Positions 26,597 through 37,075 are shown, counted from the first letter of the stretch. The stretch: DNA of 60,109 nt from Terriglobia bacterium (GCA_963748015.1 CAVVHE010000007.1:1-60109); one strand, 5' to 3'. Translations and numbers: made by a program. The notes: generated by a model from the letters alone, not told the origin.

Positions 26597-27013
26597 GTGA
26601 TTGCGGCCCTCATTGGTGCAGCGGTTGGTGTTCTTACCATTCTGTCTGCGCGATTCATTCGTGGGGAACGTTGGTTGTATTCGTTGGGCCTGCTCAGTCT
26701 GCCTAGCATCTACGCGTTCTTCGCTCTACAAGCAGGCGAGCAGGCTGTGGGCATCAAGGAAATGATCTACGGTGCTCCGTACGTTGTCGCCGGCCTGGTC
26801 TTCGCGTTTGTTAGCGTCCGGCAGTCAGCAGTAGTGGTCGGTGTATTTTGGCTACTGCACGGGCTGTACGACTTGGTGCACAGTCAGCTCATCACAAACA
26901 CGGGCGTTCCCGGTTGGTATCCCGTCTTCTGCTTTGTGGTTGATGCTGTTATCGGCTCGTATCTTCTGTGGCTATCGCGACGTGTTCCCGATGCAAATCT
27001 CCGCCAGGCGTAA
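26597..27013 (+). CDS. Membrane protein, DUF6010-like
   Basis: IYAFFA, WLLHGLYDLVH and PGWYPVFCFVVD pattern; no attC seen downstream. Confidence 0.72.
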   Translation: MIAALIGAAVGVLTILSARFIRGERWLYSLGLLSLPSIYAFFALQAGEQAVGIKEMIYGAPYVVAGLVFAFVSVRQSAVVVGVFWLLHGLYDLVHSQLITNTGVPGWYPVFCFVVDAVIGSYLLWLSRRVPDANLRQA

Positions 27014-27136
27014 GTAGAAGCGTTGCCGCGGTGGGAAGTTTGCAGAAACAAGTCAACGCCTTGAGTGCCTGGCCACCGTCGGAGGCGCCGGGCCAGCAAA
27101 CGCTTGCAGCCTTGGGCTGCACACACGGATAGAGCT

Positions 27137-27703
27137 GTGGGCGAAGCACGCAGCAAGGCCAAGCCCAAGAAGGCCAAGCGCCCGTCGCGCGTCGTCAACG
27201 GGGAACCCGCCGCGACCAAGCCCAAGGGGGCCGCCGGCAAGGGCCGGCGATCCGCCGCAATCAAGCGCGAGGATCCCTCGGTGGCCGCGAAGCCGGTCCT
27301 CCTCGCAGGCGGCAATCCTCAGATCCCCAAGGCCGACGGCGACGCCCCCGTGCAAGCCTACATCTCGGCCATGCCGGGCTGGAAACGCGACGTCGGGCGC
27401 CGCCTCGACGCGCTCGTCTTGCGCATCGTGCCCAACGTGCGCAAGGCCGTGAAGTGGAACTCGCCCTTCTATGGCATCGAGGGCCAGGGCTGGTTCCTCG
27501 GCCTGCATACCTTCACGAACTACGTAAAGGCGACCTTCTTCCGAGGCGCCTCGCTGCGACCTGTCCCACCCGGAGGCACGGGCAAGGACGCGCGCTGGAT
27601 CGACGTCCACGAAGACGATCTTGACGAGGCGCAGATGGCGAGGTGGGTAAAGCAGGCGGCTGCCCTGCCCGGCTGGGTTACGTCGGACATCCGTCAGGCG
27701 TAG
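27137..27703 (+). CDS. DUF1801 domain protein
   Basis: LLAGGNPQIPKADGDAPVQAYISAMPGWK, KAVKWNSPFYG; start uncertain. Confidence 0.82.
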   Translation: MGEARSKAKPKKAKRPSRVVNGEPAATKPKGAAGKGRRSAAIKREDPSVAAKPVLLAGGNPQIPKADGDAPVQAYISAMPGWKRDVGRRLDALVLRIVPNVRKAVKWNSPFYGIEGQGWFLGLHTFTNYVKATFFRGASLRPVPPGGTGKDARWIDVHEDDLDEAQMARWVKQAAALPGWVTSDIRQA

Positions 27704-27941
27704 GCGGAGAATCCTCCCGATGGTCTTGAGCGGCCATCGTGAGACAGCAGTCAAGGCACTGAAGATCGTCCAACCTTGGAAAGATCTGAGGAGGCCTTCG
27801 GCGACAAGTCCATCAACCACAAGGCGGCAGACTCGCTACCGGTCGGTGTCGTGTGGGCGTTCGTCATGCGCCCGCGATCGAGGTGGTTGCCGAGATCCGT
27901 GGCGGGTATGATCTGGACGCGCTAATCGGAGGGCCGAATCC

Positions 27942-28829
27942 ATGTCCCGCAAGACCGCGCACGATTTCGATCAGGAGCTGCTCGTTCTGTTCGACGCCTA
28001 CGTCCACGGCGCCATCGACCGCCGCAGGTTCCTCGACAAGGCTGCCAAGTTCGCCGTCGGTGGCGTCACGGCGATGATGCTGCTCGATCAGCTGAGCCCG
28101 AACTTCGCGGCGCAGGTGGTCGGCGCCGAGGACACGCGGATCGCGGCGACGCACCTCGAGTACGACTCGCCCAAAGGCTACGGCAAGGCCCGAGGGTACT
28201 TCGTCCATCCGGCGGCGGCGAAAGGGAGGCTTCCGGGCGTCCTCGTGATCCACGAGAACCGCGGCCTCAATCCGCATATCGAGGACATCGCACGGCGCCT
28301 CGCCCTCGACGGCTTCGTCGCCTTCGCCCCCGACGCGCTCTACCCTCTGGGCGGCTACCCCGGCGAGGAGGACAAGGCGCGCGAGCTGTTCCCGAAGCTC
28401 GATCAGTCCAAGACCCGCGAGGACTTCATCGCCGCCGCAGCGTTCCTGAAGTCGCGCCCGGAGTGCACGGGCAAGATCGGCGCGGTGGGCTTCTGTTACG
28501 GGGGAGGCATGGTGAACTACCTGGCCACGCGCCTCGGCGGCGATCTCTCCGCCGCCGTCTGCTTCTACGGCTCCGCCCCGGACACGCAGGACGTGCCGAA
28601 GATCAAGACGCGGCTGATGGTGCACTCGGCGGAGAAGGACGACCGCATCAACGCCAGCTGGCCGGAATTCGAGCGGGCTCTCAAGGCGGCGAAAGTCAAG
28701 TACGAGCGGTTCCTGTATCCCGGCACGCAGCACGGCTTCAACAACGATACGACGCCGCGATACGACGCGGACGCGGCCAAGCTCGCCTGGGGGAGGACGC
28801 TCGCGTTCTTCGAGAAGCGGCTGCGCTAG
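27942..28829 (+). CDS. Dienelactone hydrolase family protein (YghX-like)
   Basis: DRRRFL, VIHENRGLNPHIEDIARR, GFCYGG, HGFNNDTTPRYD. Confidence 0.9.
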   Translation: MSRKTAHDFDQELLVLFDAYVHGAIDRRRFLDKAAKFAVGGVTAMMLLDQLSPNFAAQVVGAEDTRIAATHLEYDSPKGYGKARGYFVHPAAAKGRLPGVLVIHENRGLNPHIEDIARRLALDGFVAFAPDALYPLGGYPGEEDKARELFPKLDQSKTREDFIAAAAFLKSRPECTGKIGAVGFCYGGGMVNYLATRLGGDLSAAVCFYGSAPDTQDVPKIKTRLMVHSAEKDDRINASWPEFERALKAAKVKYERFLYPGTQHGFNNDTTPRYDADAAKLAWGRTLAFFEKRLR

Positions 28830-28947
28830 CCCCGCCTCGAGGCCGTAGCCGCGCGATTCCGCCTCGGTTCCCGGCGATTCATTCTCGTGCGTCCCTCGCG
28901 TATACTCGCGCCAGCTTTCCTCGTCGGCCCGAGGAGGAAGGACGCCC

Positions 28948-29140
28948 GTGACCTCGTTCACGTACTTGTCCGATTCTTCGTCCACGAGATGACGGTCCCA
29001 GCTTGCTTCGCCGTCTCGTTCGAACCCTTCGACGCGCTGTCGGAGGCCCGCCTCGACCATTCGTTCGCGCCGATCGTCGGACGGCTGCTCCGGGGCAATC
29101 CCCGATCGCTCCCCCTTCAAAGCGTCGGAAGATCCGAATG
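28948..29140 (+). pseudogene. Degenerate, internally deleted paralog of the 32374-32733 gene
   Basis: FFVHEMTVPACFAVSFEP..LSEARLDHSF aligns with FFVYEMIILVCFAVVFET..LSEARLNLSF; upstream GTATACTCGC is also shared. Confidence 0.7.
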
Positions 29141-29188
29141 CCCGCACCGCGGCGAAGAGCGCGAGCTCGCTGACCCGGAGGGATCACG

Positions 29189-30094
29189 ATGACGGAAACG
29201 GTCTCGAAGCCCGCCGAAGAGCTCGAAAGGCCCCGTCGGGCGTGGCTCGCGTTCCTCCTCGGGTTTGTCTCGGCTGGCCTCGGGCACGTTTACGCCGGGC
29301 GGCCCTGGCGCGGCGTGGGCGCGTTTCTCTTTCTCCTGCTGCTGTTCGTCCCGCTGGGCGAGGCGATCCTCATCCTCTTCCTCGGGTCGCCGGCTCGCAC
29401 GATCCTGGGCCTGACCCTACTCTGCGGCCTCGCCGTGTTGGTGCCGATCGACGGCGCGATCGTGGCCAGGCGGCGGCGCGCGGCGCCCCTGACACGCTGG
29501 AATAGGGACTGGGTGTACCCGCTCTACTTCGCCGCGACGAGTTCGATAGCGCTCATGGTGCCGCCGTACCTGGTTTCGTACTATCCGGTTCGCATGCTAA
29601 GGGTCCCGTCCGGCGCGATGGAGCCGAATCTCCTGGTGGGCGACGTCGTTTTGGCGGACGTCCTGCACCGCGGCAGCGCCGGCATGGTGCCGGGCGAGCC
29701 CGTCGTGTTCGAGGTTCCCGCCCAACCCGGGATCTGGTCCGTGAAGCGGCTGGCCGGCCTTCCCGGACAGACGGTCGAAATGCGCGACGGTGTCTGGCTC
29801 GTGGACGGCCGTCCCGCGTCGCAGCGCGTCGAGATCGGCGAAGGAAGCCGGATCTTGGAATCGTTGGGCGAGCACCGGTACGAGATCGGCGAGTGCGACC
29901 GATGCAGTTGGGGTCCCGGCACGGTCCCGACGGAGCACGTGTTCGTCCTGGGCGACAACCGGAGCCGCAGCGCCGACAGCAGGGTGTTCGGCTTCGTCCC
30001 CGTCTCCGCGATCCGGGGCCGCGTGCTCGGCGTCGCGTGGTCGTCCGACGCCGAGGAAGGCGTGCGGTGGGCTCGGTTCGGAAAGAGGATCTGA
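29189..30094 (+). CDS. Signal peptidase I with extended N-terminal membrane domain
   Basis: PSGAMEPNL (Ser), VKRLAGLPG (Lys), GDNRSRSADSR. Confidence 0.88.
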   Translation: MTETVSKPAEELERPRRAWLAFLLGFVSAGLGHVYAGRPWRGVGAFLFLLLLFVPLGEAILILFLGSPARTILGLTLLCGLAVLVPIDGAIVARRRRAAPLTRWNRDWVYPLYFAATSSIALMVPPYLVSYYPVRMLRVPSGAMEPNLLVGDVVLADVLHRGSAGMVPGEPVVFEVPAQPGIWSVKRLAGLPGQTVEMRDGVWLVDGRPASQRVEIGEGSRILESLGEHRYEIGECDRCSWGPGTVPTEHVFVLGDNRSRSADSRVFGFVPVSAIRGRVLGVAWSSDAEEGVRWARFGKRI

Positions 30095-30227
30095 GCAGGC
30101 ACCGTCGTTTGCCACGAGCGTTGGAGATCGGCTACGGCGGGTGCTGCGCCGTCGCCTCCTGGGGCGCGCGCCCGGCCTGGCAGGCGGGAATCGAGCGTCG
30201 GCCGAGCGGTAAGGAGGAATCGACGTC

Positions 30228-31178
30228 ATGCCGAGCGGGACGGTCACACGCCGCGACCGGATCAGCGGCGGCCTCGTCGGGCTCCTGGTGGGCGACGCGG
30301 TCGGGGTGCCCTACGAGTTTCACGACCCGGCCGATCTGCCAGCTCACGACGCCATCGAGATCGAGCCGCCCACGGGTTTCGCGCGAGCCCACGGGAGAGT
30401 GCCTCCCGGAACCTGGTCGGACGACGGCGCGCAGGCGCTCTGCCTGCTGGCGTCGCTCCTGGAGCACGGCCACCTCGATCTGGCGGACTTCTCCGAACGG
30501 CTGGTGCGATGGTACGACCAGGGCTACCTCGCGGTGGACGGCGTCGTGTTCGACGTGGGCGTCACCACCGGGCGCGCCATCGGAGCGCTCCGCGGCGGCG
30601 CTCGTCCGGAACGCGCGGGCCCGGCGGGGGCCGACGACAACGGGAACGGGTCGCTGATGCGCGCGCTCCCGCTGGCGCTCTGGCACCGCGGCACCGACGA
30701 TGCGCTGGTCCGGGACGCGCAGCTCCAATCCCGCGTCACCCACGGCCATCTACGTTCCCAGGTTTGCTGCGCCCTGTACTGCCTGTGGGCTCGGCGCATG
30801 CTCGAGGGCTCGCGGGGGCCCTGGGACGCGGCCGTCTCGGCCCTGCGAGGTCTCTATCGCGAGGACGACGAGGCCCTCCGGGAGCTCGAGGGATCCATCC
30901 GTCCCGACGAGCTGATCGAGGGGACGGGCTCCGGTTACGTCGTGGATTGCCTTCGCTCCGCGCGGCTCGCGCTCGGAGAGAGCACCTACCTGGACGTCGT
31001 CCGAGCCGCGATCAAACTGGGGCGCGACACCGACACGACGGCCTGCGTGGCCGGAGGCATCGCCGGAATCCGGGACGGGATCGATTCCATCCCGATCGGC
31101 TGGCGAAACGGCCTTCGCGGACGCGAGATCTACGAACCGCTGCTGCAGCGGCTCCTCGAATGGACGGACGGCGCCTGA
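30228..31178 (+). CDS. ADP-ribosylglycohydrolase family protein
   Basis: GDAVGVPYEF, WSDDGA, GNGSLMR, DTDTTACVAGG. Confidence 0.93.
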   Translation: MPSGTVTRRDRISGGLVGLLVGDAVGVPYEFHDPADLPAHDAIEIEPPTGFARAHGRVPPGTWSDDGAQALCLLASLLEHGHLDLADFSERLVRWYDQGYLAVDGVVFDVGVTTGRAIGALRGGARPERAGPAGADDNGNGSLMRALPLALWHRGTDDALVRDAQLQSRVTHGHLRSQVCCALYCLWARRMLEGSRGPWDAAVSALRGLYREDDEALRELEGSIRPDELIEGTGSGYVVDCLRSARLALGESTYLDVVRAAIKLGRDTDTTACVAGGIAGIRDGIDSIPIGWRNGLRGREIYEPLLQRLLEWTDGA

Positions 31179-31559
31179 GCGCCGGCCTCGAGCCGCAGGA
31201 GCAACCGCGTCCAAACGGCGCCCGGCGGATACCGGTTGGTATCCCCGCCACCCTCTCTCGCCCCGCCTCCTTGGAGGTGGCAGCGGCAGCCGCAACGCTC
31301 GCGCCCGCTCCCTGGCTTGCATTCCCCCACGACTGGGCGTACAAGAAACCCAGCAACCAAGGCAGCGGCGCGGGCTCACCTTGCCGTCGCCGTCGAGGAG
31401 AACAGCGGCGAGTCGGGCGAGCTTGAAGTCACGCAGCGAATGCTCGATTGGCGTGACGACCGCGAGGTTCTGCCAGCGGTGAGTCGGGTCGCTCGACCGG
31501 GACGGCTCGCAGAACACCGGCGCCCACGGGACGAAGCGACCCGAGGAAAGGGGGACGGT

Positions 31560-32102
31560 ATGTGGAGATCTCTCTGCTTCCTGGGTCTGGTCCTGCCCGC
31601 ACTCGTTGGCTGTGATCATGGCACGATCGGCTCCACGCCGAAGAACTGTCCAAGCGGAACGACCCCGTGGAGCAACGCTCACTGCTACGAGGCGATTCTG
31701 GCGCCGGGTTTCTCCTGGTCCGACTCGCAGAACAGCTGCGCGGCCCGAGGCGGTCACCTTGTAACGATCACATCGGCAAAGGAGAACGCCTTCGTCTTCG
31801 GCCTGGTGAGCGGAATCAACGCCTTCTGGTATCTCGACGGGTTCGGCAACGGCCTAGGGCCGTGGCTCGGAGGCTACCAGCAGGCCAGCCCGACGGCGCC
31901 GAATGCGGGCTGGCAGTGGGTCACCGGCGAGCCCTTCGTCTACGTGAACTGGGAGATTGGCCAGCCTGGCGACTTCGGTACGGTCGAGCAGGATCGTCTT
32001 CGCTTCTTCAAGGCGGGCGGCCTCATCGGCGATCATCGGGACGACAGCGAGTCGAACAACCCGCTTCAGCACCGCCTGGGCTACATCTGCGAATACGAAT
32101 GA
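31560..32102 (+). CDS. C-type lectin domain lipoprotein
   Basis: LVGC lipobox; SWSDSQNSCAARGGHLVTITSAKENAFV, WLGG, WQWVTGEPFVYVNW, GYICE. Confidence 0.85.
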   Translation: MWRSLCFLGLVLPALVGCDHGTIGSTPKNCPSGTTPWSNAHCYEAILAPGFSWSDSQNSCAARGGHLVTITSAKENAFVFGLVSGINAFWYLDGFGNGLGPWLGGYQQASPTAPNAGWQWVTGEPFVYVNWEIGQPGDFGTVEQDRLRFFKAGGLIGDHRDDSESNNPLQHRLGYICEYE

Positions 32103-32373
32103 CGCGGTCGAGCATGGCTACTTGTCTGTCGGCCGCCCACCGCGTCGGAGGTCAAGTATCTGGAAGGCAGGTTGCATCTTACGCGCACCAGGGAATACGG
32201 CGCCTCGCGTTGCTTCCAGGATTCCGCTTGGGACGCGGCCCCCCAGCGGGAGCGTGATGTGTCCTTCACGGCGGCCCATCACGTGTTCGCCCGCAAGGGC
32301 ATCGTCACGCCTTTCGCGCCGCGGGGTATACTCGCCGCAGTTCGCCTCCCCGACACGACCAAGGAGGCCGCCC

Positions 32374-32733
32374 ATGACCGCGCTCACGTACCTGGTTCAC
32401 TTCTTCGTCTATGAGATGATCATCCTCGTGTGCTTCGCCGTCGTGTTCGAGACCCTCGCGGGGTTGTCGGACTCGTTGGGTCGAGGCATGCTCGCGGTCG
32501 TCGCGAAGGGTGTCGTCTGGACCCTCATCCTGACCTGGTTGTTCGGCGGTTCCTGGATCGCGCACAACGCGTCCCGGCGGCGAGTCATCGAAGAAGAGGG
32601 TTTCTTCCAGGCCGTCGGAGGTGCTCTCTCGGAGGCGCGCCTCAACCTGTCGTTCGTACCGGGAGTCGGCAAGCTGTTCAGGCCCCGGCTCTCGAAAGGC
32701 TCGCCATTTGAACCTCCCGACGATCCTGCGTGA
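32374..32733 (+). CDS. Small two-TM hypothetical protein
   Basis: AAGGAGG RBS, TATACT upstream, two hydrophobic helices. Confidence 0.7.
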   Translation: MTALTYLVHFFVYEMIILVCFAVVFETLAGLSDSLGRGMLAVVAKGVVWTLILTWLFGGSWIAHNASRRRVIEEEGFFQAVGGALSEARLNLSFVPGVGKLFRPRLSKGSPFEPPDDPA

Positions 32734-32840
32734 GGACGAGCGAGAGGTTTCCGCGAGGGCCGGTCGGAGACCCGAGTCATGACGACACGGGGCCTCGCGA
32801 GCGCCGCGATCCGCCTGAAACCGGAGCGAAGCCCATCGCG

Positions 32841-33305
32841 ATGCCGGGCGCAGGGATGGTCGCGGGTCGAATCGAAGTGCTCGCCCTGGATCTCGAAGGC
32901 ACGCTGGTCTCCAACGCCGTGAGCCAGATCGCGCGCCCCGGGCTGTACGAGTTCCTCGAATTCTGCCGGCGAGCGGCGCCAAGGGTGGTGATCTACACGG
33001 GGGTTGCCGAGAGGAAGTTGCGGGAAGTCGCGGCCAACCTCGTCGAAGAAGGCTCGGCCCCCGCCTGGTTCGCGAGCATCGAGTACGTCCGGTGGAGCGG
33101 CGACAAGAAGGACCTGGCGCTGATCCCGGGGGCCACCGTCGAGCGCACGCTCCTGATCGACGACTACGAGGACTACGTCGTCCCGGAACAACGGCGGCAA
33201 TGGCTGCCGATCAGGTCATTTTCCGCGCCGTACGCGGCGGACGATACGGAGCTTCAGCGAATCCGGCGGGTCCTCGAGGAGGAGCGGGGATGTCGCGCCG
33301 GCTAG
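32841..33305 (+). CDS. NIF/FCP1-like HAD phosphatase
   Basis: LALDLEGTL, RPGLYEFLEF, KDL, LLIDD; start uncertain. Confidence 0.82.
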   Translation: MPGAGMVAGRIEVLALDLEGTLVSNAVSQIARPGLYEFLEFCRRAAPRVVIYTGVAERKLREVAANLVEEGSAPAWFASIEYVRWSGDKKDLALIPGATVERTLLIDDYEDYVVPEQRRQWLPIRSFSAPYAADDTELQRIRRVLEEERGCRAG

Positions 33306-34040
33306 CACGATCCTCGAGCAGGCCGGACCGTACCGCAGTCGAAGTCGCCAGCCACTCTGCGCTCGCTGTCGGGAGTCCGGAGGAGTCGAGAACATGAGTC
33401 CATCGCATTTTCAGACGCGTACCCTGGCGCCCGATCCACCAGGCACGTTCTTCACGACGGCACTCCCGTGGAAGGAGCCAGCGTGACCGCGGGGGGAGCC
33501 CTTCTCTTCTCGAGTGGCCTGGTCGGACTTCCGACGAAGGGAAGGCGGTACGTGAACCTCCTCCAGCCCCGCGGGGCTCGGGAGGACAGCGCGGCCCGGC
33601 TCGCGGCATCCGCCTTCGAGGGTCGCGGGGCGTTCGAGCGCGAAGGGCTGACGGTGGTCTTCCCCACGGCACGGACGGAGACTCTTCCGGACTACGGCTG
33701 GTCAGCGAGAACCGCCTGTCCGTCGTGAAGAACTTCGTGAGCAGTGGATTCGCCCTGCCGACCAGAACGGGTTCTTCGCTCGCGAAACGCACGGCGTCCA
33801 GGAACTCTTCTTCTGCCGGCCCCACACTCGACTTCGCGTCGTCATCGACGGTCCGTTCCTCGTGTACTTTGCGGAGGACGGAGGGGTTCATGCGGCGGCG
33901 TGGTTCGATCGGGACGGTTGCGAGAAACCCTAGGCGGGAGGGGGCCAGCATCCGGTCGGCCCGGAGTCCTCGCGGCGCGTCTGTCCGCCCACCTCGGCGG
34001 ACGGCTACGCCTCTGGCCGGCGAGCCTGTAAGATGTGCGA

Positions 34041-34763
34041 ATGACCGAGTTGCCGTCGTGCTCGTGCTTTCGCGGTGGCGCCGAGGGTTGGGTGGGAGTC
34101 CAATTCCACGACGAGATCCAGGACGTGACCTGCGACGCCTGGAAACGACTGATCGAAGCGATCGACCAGGCATCCCTGGACGAGCGCGAGAAGTTCGACC
34201 CGCTTGAGGGGATCCCGCGAGAGGAGCGACCGCAAATCGTTACGCTGCCCCCGACGATAGGGAAGCTGCGGTCGGTCAAGCATCTTTATCTCTACGGAAG
34301 CTTTCTCGTCCGGATCCCGAGGGAGATCGGCGAGATGACGAGCCTCCAGTGGTTCAATCCCTACACCTCCTCGCGACTCCACTGGCTTCCCTACGAGATC
34401 ACGCGCTGCAAGAACCTGCGCCTGAGCTTGATCAGCATTCGCCACCTGTACGGCAACTTCAAGCTGAGGCCGCCGTTCCCCAAACTCCCCGTGTCCGATC
34501 GCCTGATGTTCGCCATCACGGACGGCAACCTCCGTTCGGATCGCGAGGCGCCCGTCCCTTGCAGCGTGTGCGACGGGCCTTGTCCCGGAGCGCCCTTGCA
34601 GGCGTGGATCTCCCTGCGGGTCGGGACCGACGTGATGCCGTTGCTCGTACATGCGTGTTCGCAACATTGCATGGAAGCGTTGCCGAAACCTCCCGAGCAA
34701 TACGTACAGTTTCCACACACGGGAGGGTTGAGTCTCGAACAACCCGCGGCGGGCTGGTGCTAG
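34041..34763 (+). CDS. Leucine-rich repeat protein with Cys-rich C-terminus
   Basis: LPPTIGKLRSVKHLYLYG, IPREIGEMTSL, LPYEITRCKNL; CSVC...HACSQHC. Confidence 0.78.
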   Translation: MTELPSCSCFRGGAEGWVGVQFHDEIQDVTCDAWKRLIEAIDQASLDEREKFDPLEGIPREERPQIVTLPPTIGKLRSVKHLYLYGSFLVRIPREIGEMTSLQWFNPYTSSRLHWLPYEITRCKNLRLSLISIRHLYGNFKLRPPFPKLPVSDRLMFAITDGNLRSDREAPVPCSVCDGPCPGAPLQAWISLRVGTDVMPLLVHACSQHCMEALPKPPEQYVQFPHTGGLSLEQPAAGWC

Positions 34764-34827
34764 GCGCCAATCCCGAAGCGCCGATTTCGAGCCCGCCACA
34801 ACAGGGTAGGGCAAGGGGAAACAGCCG

Positions 34828-35472
34828 ATGCGCAACTCCAAGCGTTCACACCCGCTTTCCGAGACCGCCCGGCGCACGTCCATCAGCCACTTCCGCCCGC
34901 ATCCGTGGCACGGCCTGGAGGAGGGCCCCTCCCCGCCCGAGATCCTCAACGTGTTCGTCGAGATCACCCCCTTCGACCTGGTCAAGTACGAGGTGGACAA
35001 GGTGTCGGGCTACCTTCACGTGGACCGGCCGCAGCGAAGCTCGTCGCAGCCGCCGGCGCTGTACGGCTTCGTGCCCCGGACGTATTGCGGAAGCCGCGTG
35101 CAGCGGCTGTCGCCGAAGTCCAAGCGGGGGGACGGGGACCCGCTCGACATGTGCGTGCTGAGCGAGCGCGAGATCACCCGCGGGGAAGTGATCGTGCATG
35201 CCCGCGTGGTGGGCGGCCTTCAGATGGTGGACGGCGACGAGGCCGACGACAAGATCATCGGGGTGCTGGACAAGGACTTGATCTGGGGGGAGGCGCGCGA
35301 GATCACGGACCTGCCGCCGGTGCTGATCGAGCGGCTGGAGCACTATTTCCTGACGTACAAGATGGTGCCGCGGCAAGGGCCGAAAGCGCACATCGAGAAG
35401 GTGTACGGGCAGAAGCACGCGCTCAGGGTGGTCTCCGCGGCGCTGGCGGATTACAAGGAGAAGTTCGAGTGA
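34828..35472 (+). CDS. ppa: Inorganic pyrophosphatase (family I)
   Basis: [30 protein letters not shown]. Confidence 0.93.
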   Translation: MRNSKRSHPLSETARRTSISHFRPHPWHGLEEGPSPPEILNVFVEITPFDLVKYEVDKVSGYLHVDRPQRSSSQPPALYGFVPRTYCGSRVQRLSPKSKRGDGDPLDMCVLSEREITRGEVIVHARVVGGLQMVDGDEADDKIIGVLDKDLIWGEAREITDLPPVLIERLEHYFLTYKMVPRQGPKAHIEKVYGQKHALRVVSAALADYKEKFE

Positions 35473-35864
35473 AGCGAGGGGAGCCCCGGACCATCGACGA
35501 GTACCTGGCGCTCGTGAGCGGCGAGAAGCGCGCCGCCCTCCAGAAACTCCGCGCGGCCATCAAGGCCGCGGCGCCCGAGGCGGTAGAGTGCATCGCCTAC
35601 CGGGTCCCCGCCTTCCGCCTTCGCGGGAAGATGCTCGTGGCCTTCGGCGCTGCGGCGAACCACTGCGCGTTCTATCCCGGCGCCTACCCGATCGAGGCGC
35701 ACGAGGACGATCTCGAGACCTACGACACGAGCAAGGGAACGATCCGCTTCCAGCCGGACAGGCCGCTGCCGGCCGCTCTGGTGCGCAAGCTCGTGAGGGC
35801 CCGCATCGCGGTGAAGGCTACCCGTCAGCCGCGTGCGACGGTCGGCGCCAAGCGCCGCCGCTGA
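35469..35864 (+). CDS. DUF1801/YdhG-like protein
   Basis: [36 protein letters not shown] overlap with ppa. Confidence 0.85.
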   Translation: MKRGEPRTIDEYLALVSGEKRAALQKLRAAIKAAAPEAVECIAYRVPAFRLRGKMLVAFGAAANHCAFYPGAYPIEAHEDDLETYDTSKGTIRFQPDRPLPAALVRKLVRARIAVKATRQPRATVGAKRRR

Positions 35865-35922
35865 GTCGCCACGGCAGGCGGTTCGTCGAGAGCCCCGTTA
35901 TCCGCAGGAAGGAGAAGATGAC

Positions 35923-36294
35923 ATGGCGAGCAATCCCGTCGGCTGGTTCGAGATCTACGTGCAGGACATGCCGCGCGCGAAGCGGTTCTACGAGACCGTG
36001 CTCGGCGTGACGCTCAACGAGCTCCCCAGCCCGATCATCGAGATGTGGTCGTTTCCCCAGAACTTCACGAGCTACGGTTCGTCCGGCGCCCTGGTCAAGG
36101 CCGAGGGGATGGCGTCCGGCGGCAACAGCACCGTGGTCTACTTCCACAGCGAGGACTGCGCGGCGGAGGCGGGGAGGGTCGCCGCCGCCGGGGGTCGCGT
36201 CCTGAAGGAGCGGTTCTCGATCGGCGAGTTCGGCTTCATCGCGCTGGCGTTCGACACCGAGGGGAACCTGTTCGGCCTCCACTCCATGAAATGA
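35923..36294 (+). CDS. VOC/glyoxalase family protein
   Basis: NPVGWFEIYV...RAKRFYE...DTEGNLFGLHS. Confidence 0.9.
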   Translation: MASNPVGWFEIYVQDMPRAKRFYETVLGVTLNELPSPIIEMWSFPQNFTSYGSSGALVKAEGMASGGNSTVVYFHSEDCAAEAGRVAAAGGRVLKERFSIGEFGFIALAFDTEGNLFGLHSMK

Positions 36295-36344
36295 GCCGCG
36301 CAGGGCGGGACCGGGGTGGCGGGACGGCGCGCTAGAATGGGCCC

Positions 36345-36728
36345 ATGTTGAAGGTCCTGCTCGTCGCCGTCGGCGGGAGCATCGGGTCGGTGCTTCGCTA
36401 CGCGGCCAGCGGTCTGGCCCAGGACCTCTTTCGCAACTCGACGTTTCCCGTCGGGACGCTGCTCGTCAACCTCGCCGGCTGTCTTCTCATCGGCGCCGGC
36501 TCGCAGCTCGCCGAGGCGCGGGGAGCGTTCAGCGACTCGTCGCGCGCGCTTCTCTTCATCGGCGTCCTCGGCGGCTTCACGACCTTCTCTGCCTTCACCA
36601 ACGAGACGTTCGGCCTGTTCCGGTCGGGAAGCCCGCTGCTCGCCTGGGTCAACGTCGCGGTCCAGGTCCTGGGCGGCCTCGGCTGCGTGTGGCTCGGCAG
36701 ATACGCCGCGTACCTGGTCTGGAGGTAG
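36345..36728 (+). CDS. crcB: Fluoride efflux channel CrcB/Fluc
   Basis: GSVLRY, FPVGTLLVN, GGFTTFSAF. Confidence 0.95.
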   Translation: MLKVLLVAVGGSIGSVLRYAASGLAQDLFRNSTFPVGTLLVNLAGCLLIGAGSQLAEARGAFSDSSRALLFIGVLGGFTTFSAFTNETFGLFRSGSPLLAWVNVAVQVLGGLGCVWLGRYAAYLVWR

Positions 36729-36730
36729 CG

Positions 36731-37075
36731 ATGACGCTTCCCGAGGAAGGTTCCCTCCTTCGCATCTTCATCGGCGAGAGCGACCGCCACGCGGGCAAGC
36801 CGCTGTACGAGTGGCTCGTGCTGACCGCCCGGGAGCACGGGCTCGCCGGCGCCACCGTCCTCCGCGGGCTGATGGGGTACGGCGCCCACAGCCGCCTCCA
36901 CACGTTCAAGATCGAGCGGCTCTCGTCGGATCTCCCGATCATCGTCGAGATCGTCGATACCCGCGAGAAGCTCGAGGCCTTCCTGGCCGTCATCGATCCC
37001 GCCATCTCGGAAGGGCTCGCGACGATCGAGAAGGCCTATGTCCATTTCTACCGGCCGGGAGACGCCCGGACCTAG
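36731..37075 (+). CDS. DUF190 (PII-like) protein
   Basis: LRIFIGESD, GLAGATVLRG, LSSDLPI; usual crcB neighbour. Confidence 0.92.
   Translation: MTLPEEGSLLRIFIGESDRHAGKPLYEWLVLTAREHGLAGATVLRGLMGYGAHSRLHTFKIERLSSDLPIIVEIVDTREKLEAFLAVIDPAISEGLATIEKAYVHFYRPGDART

Larger units (their letters stand above)
18473..27013 (+). mobile_element. Integron gene-cassette array without integrase in the window (CALIN-like)
   Basis: Nine attC sites, complementary cassette-end cores, single co-oriented ORFs, visibly lower GC than the flanks. Confidence 0.93.

Noticed and set aside
33394..34030. Short ORFs (33468-33728, 33725-34207) as genes
   Set aside because: No recognisable motif or RBS; possibly gene fragments but not supportable.
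27013..34800. Further attC sites downstream of the array (e.g. GGAGAAT near 27707 as complement of GTTCTCC)
   Set aside because: No accompanying L boxes, hairpin or GTT core could be found by eye.
36300..36345. Fluoride riboswitch upstream of crcB
   Set aside because: The 50-bp gap lacks the GGnGAUGG...UGAUGAC consensus; only a TAGAAT -10-like hexamer is visible.
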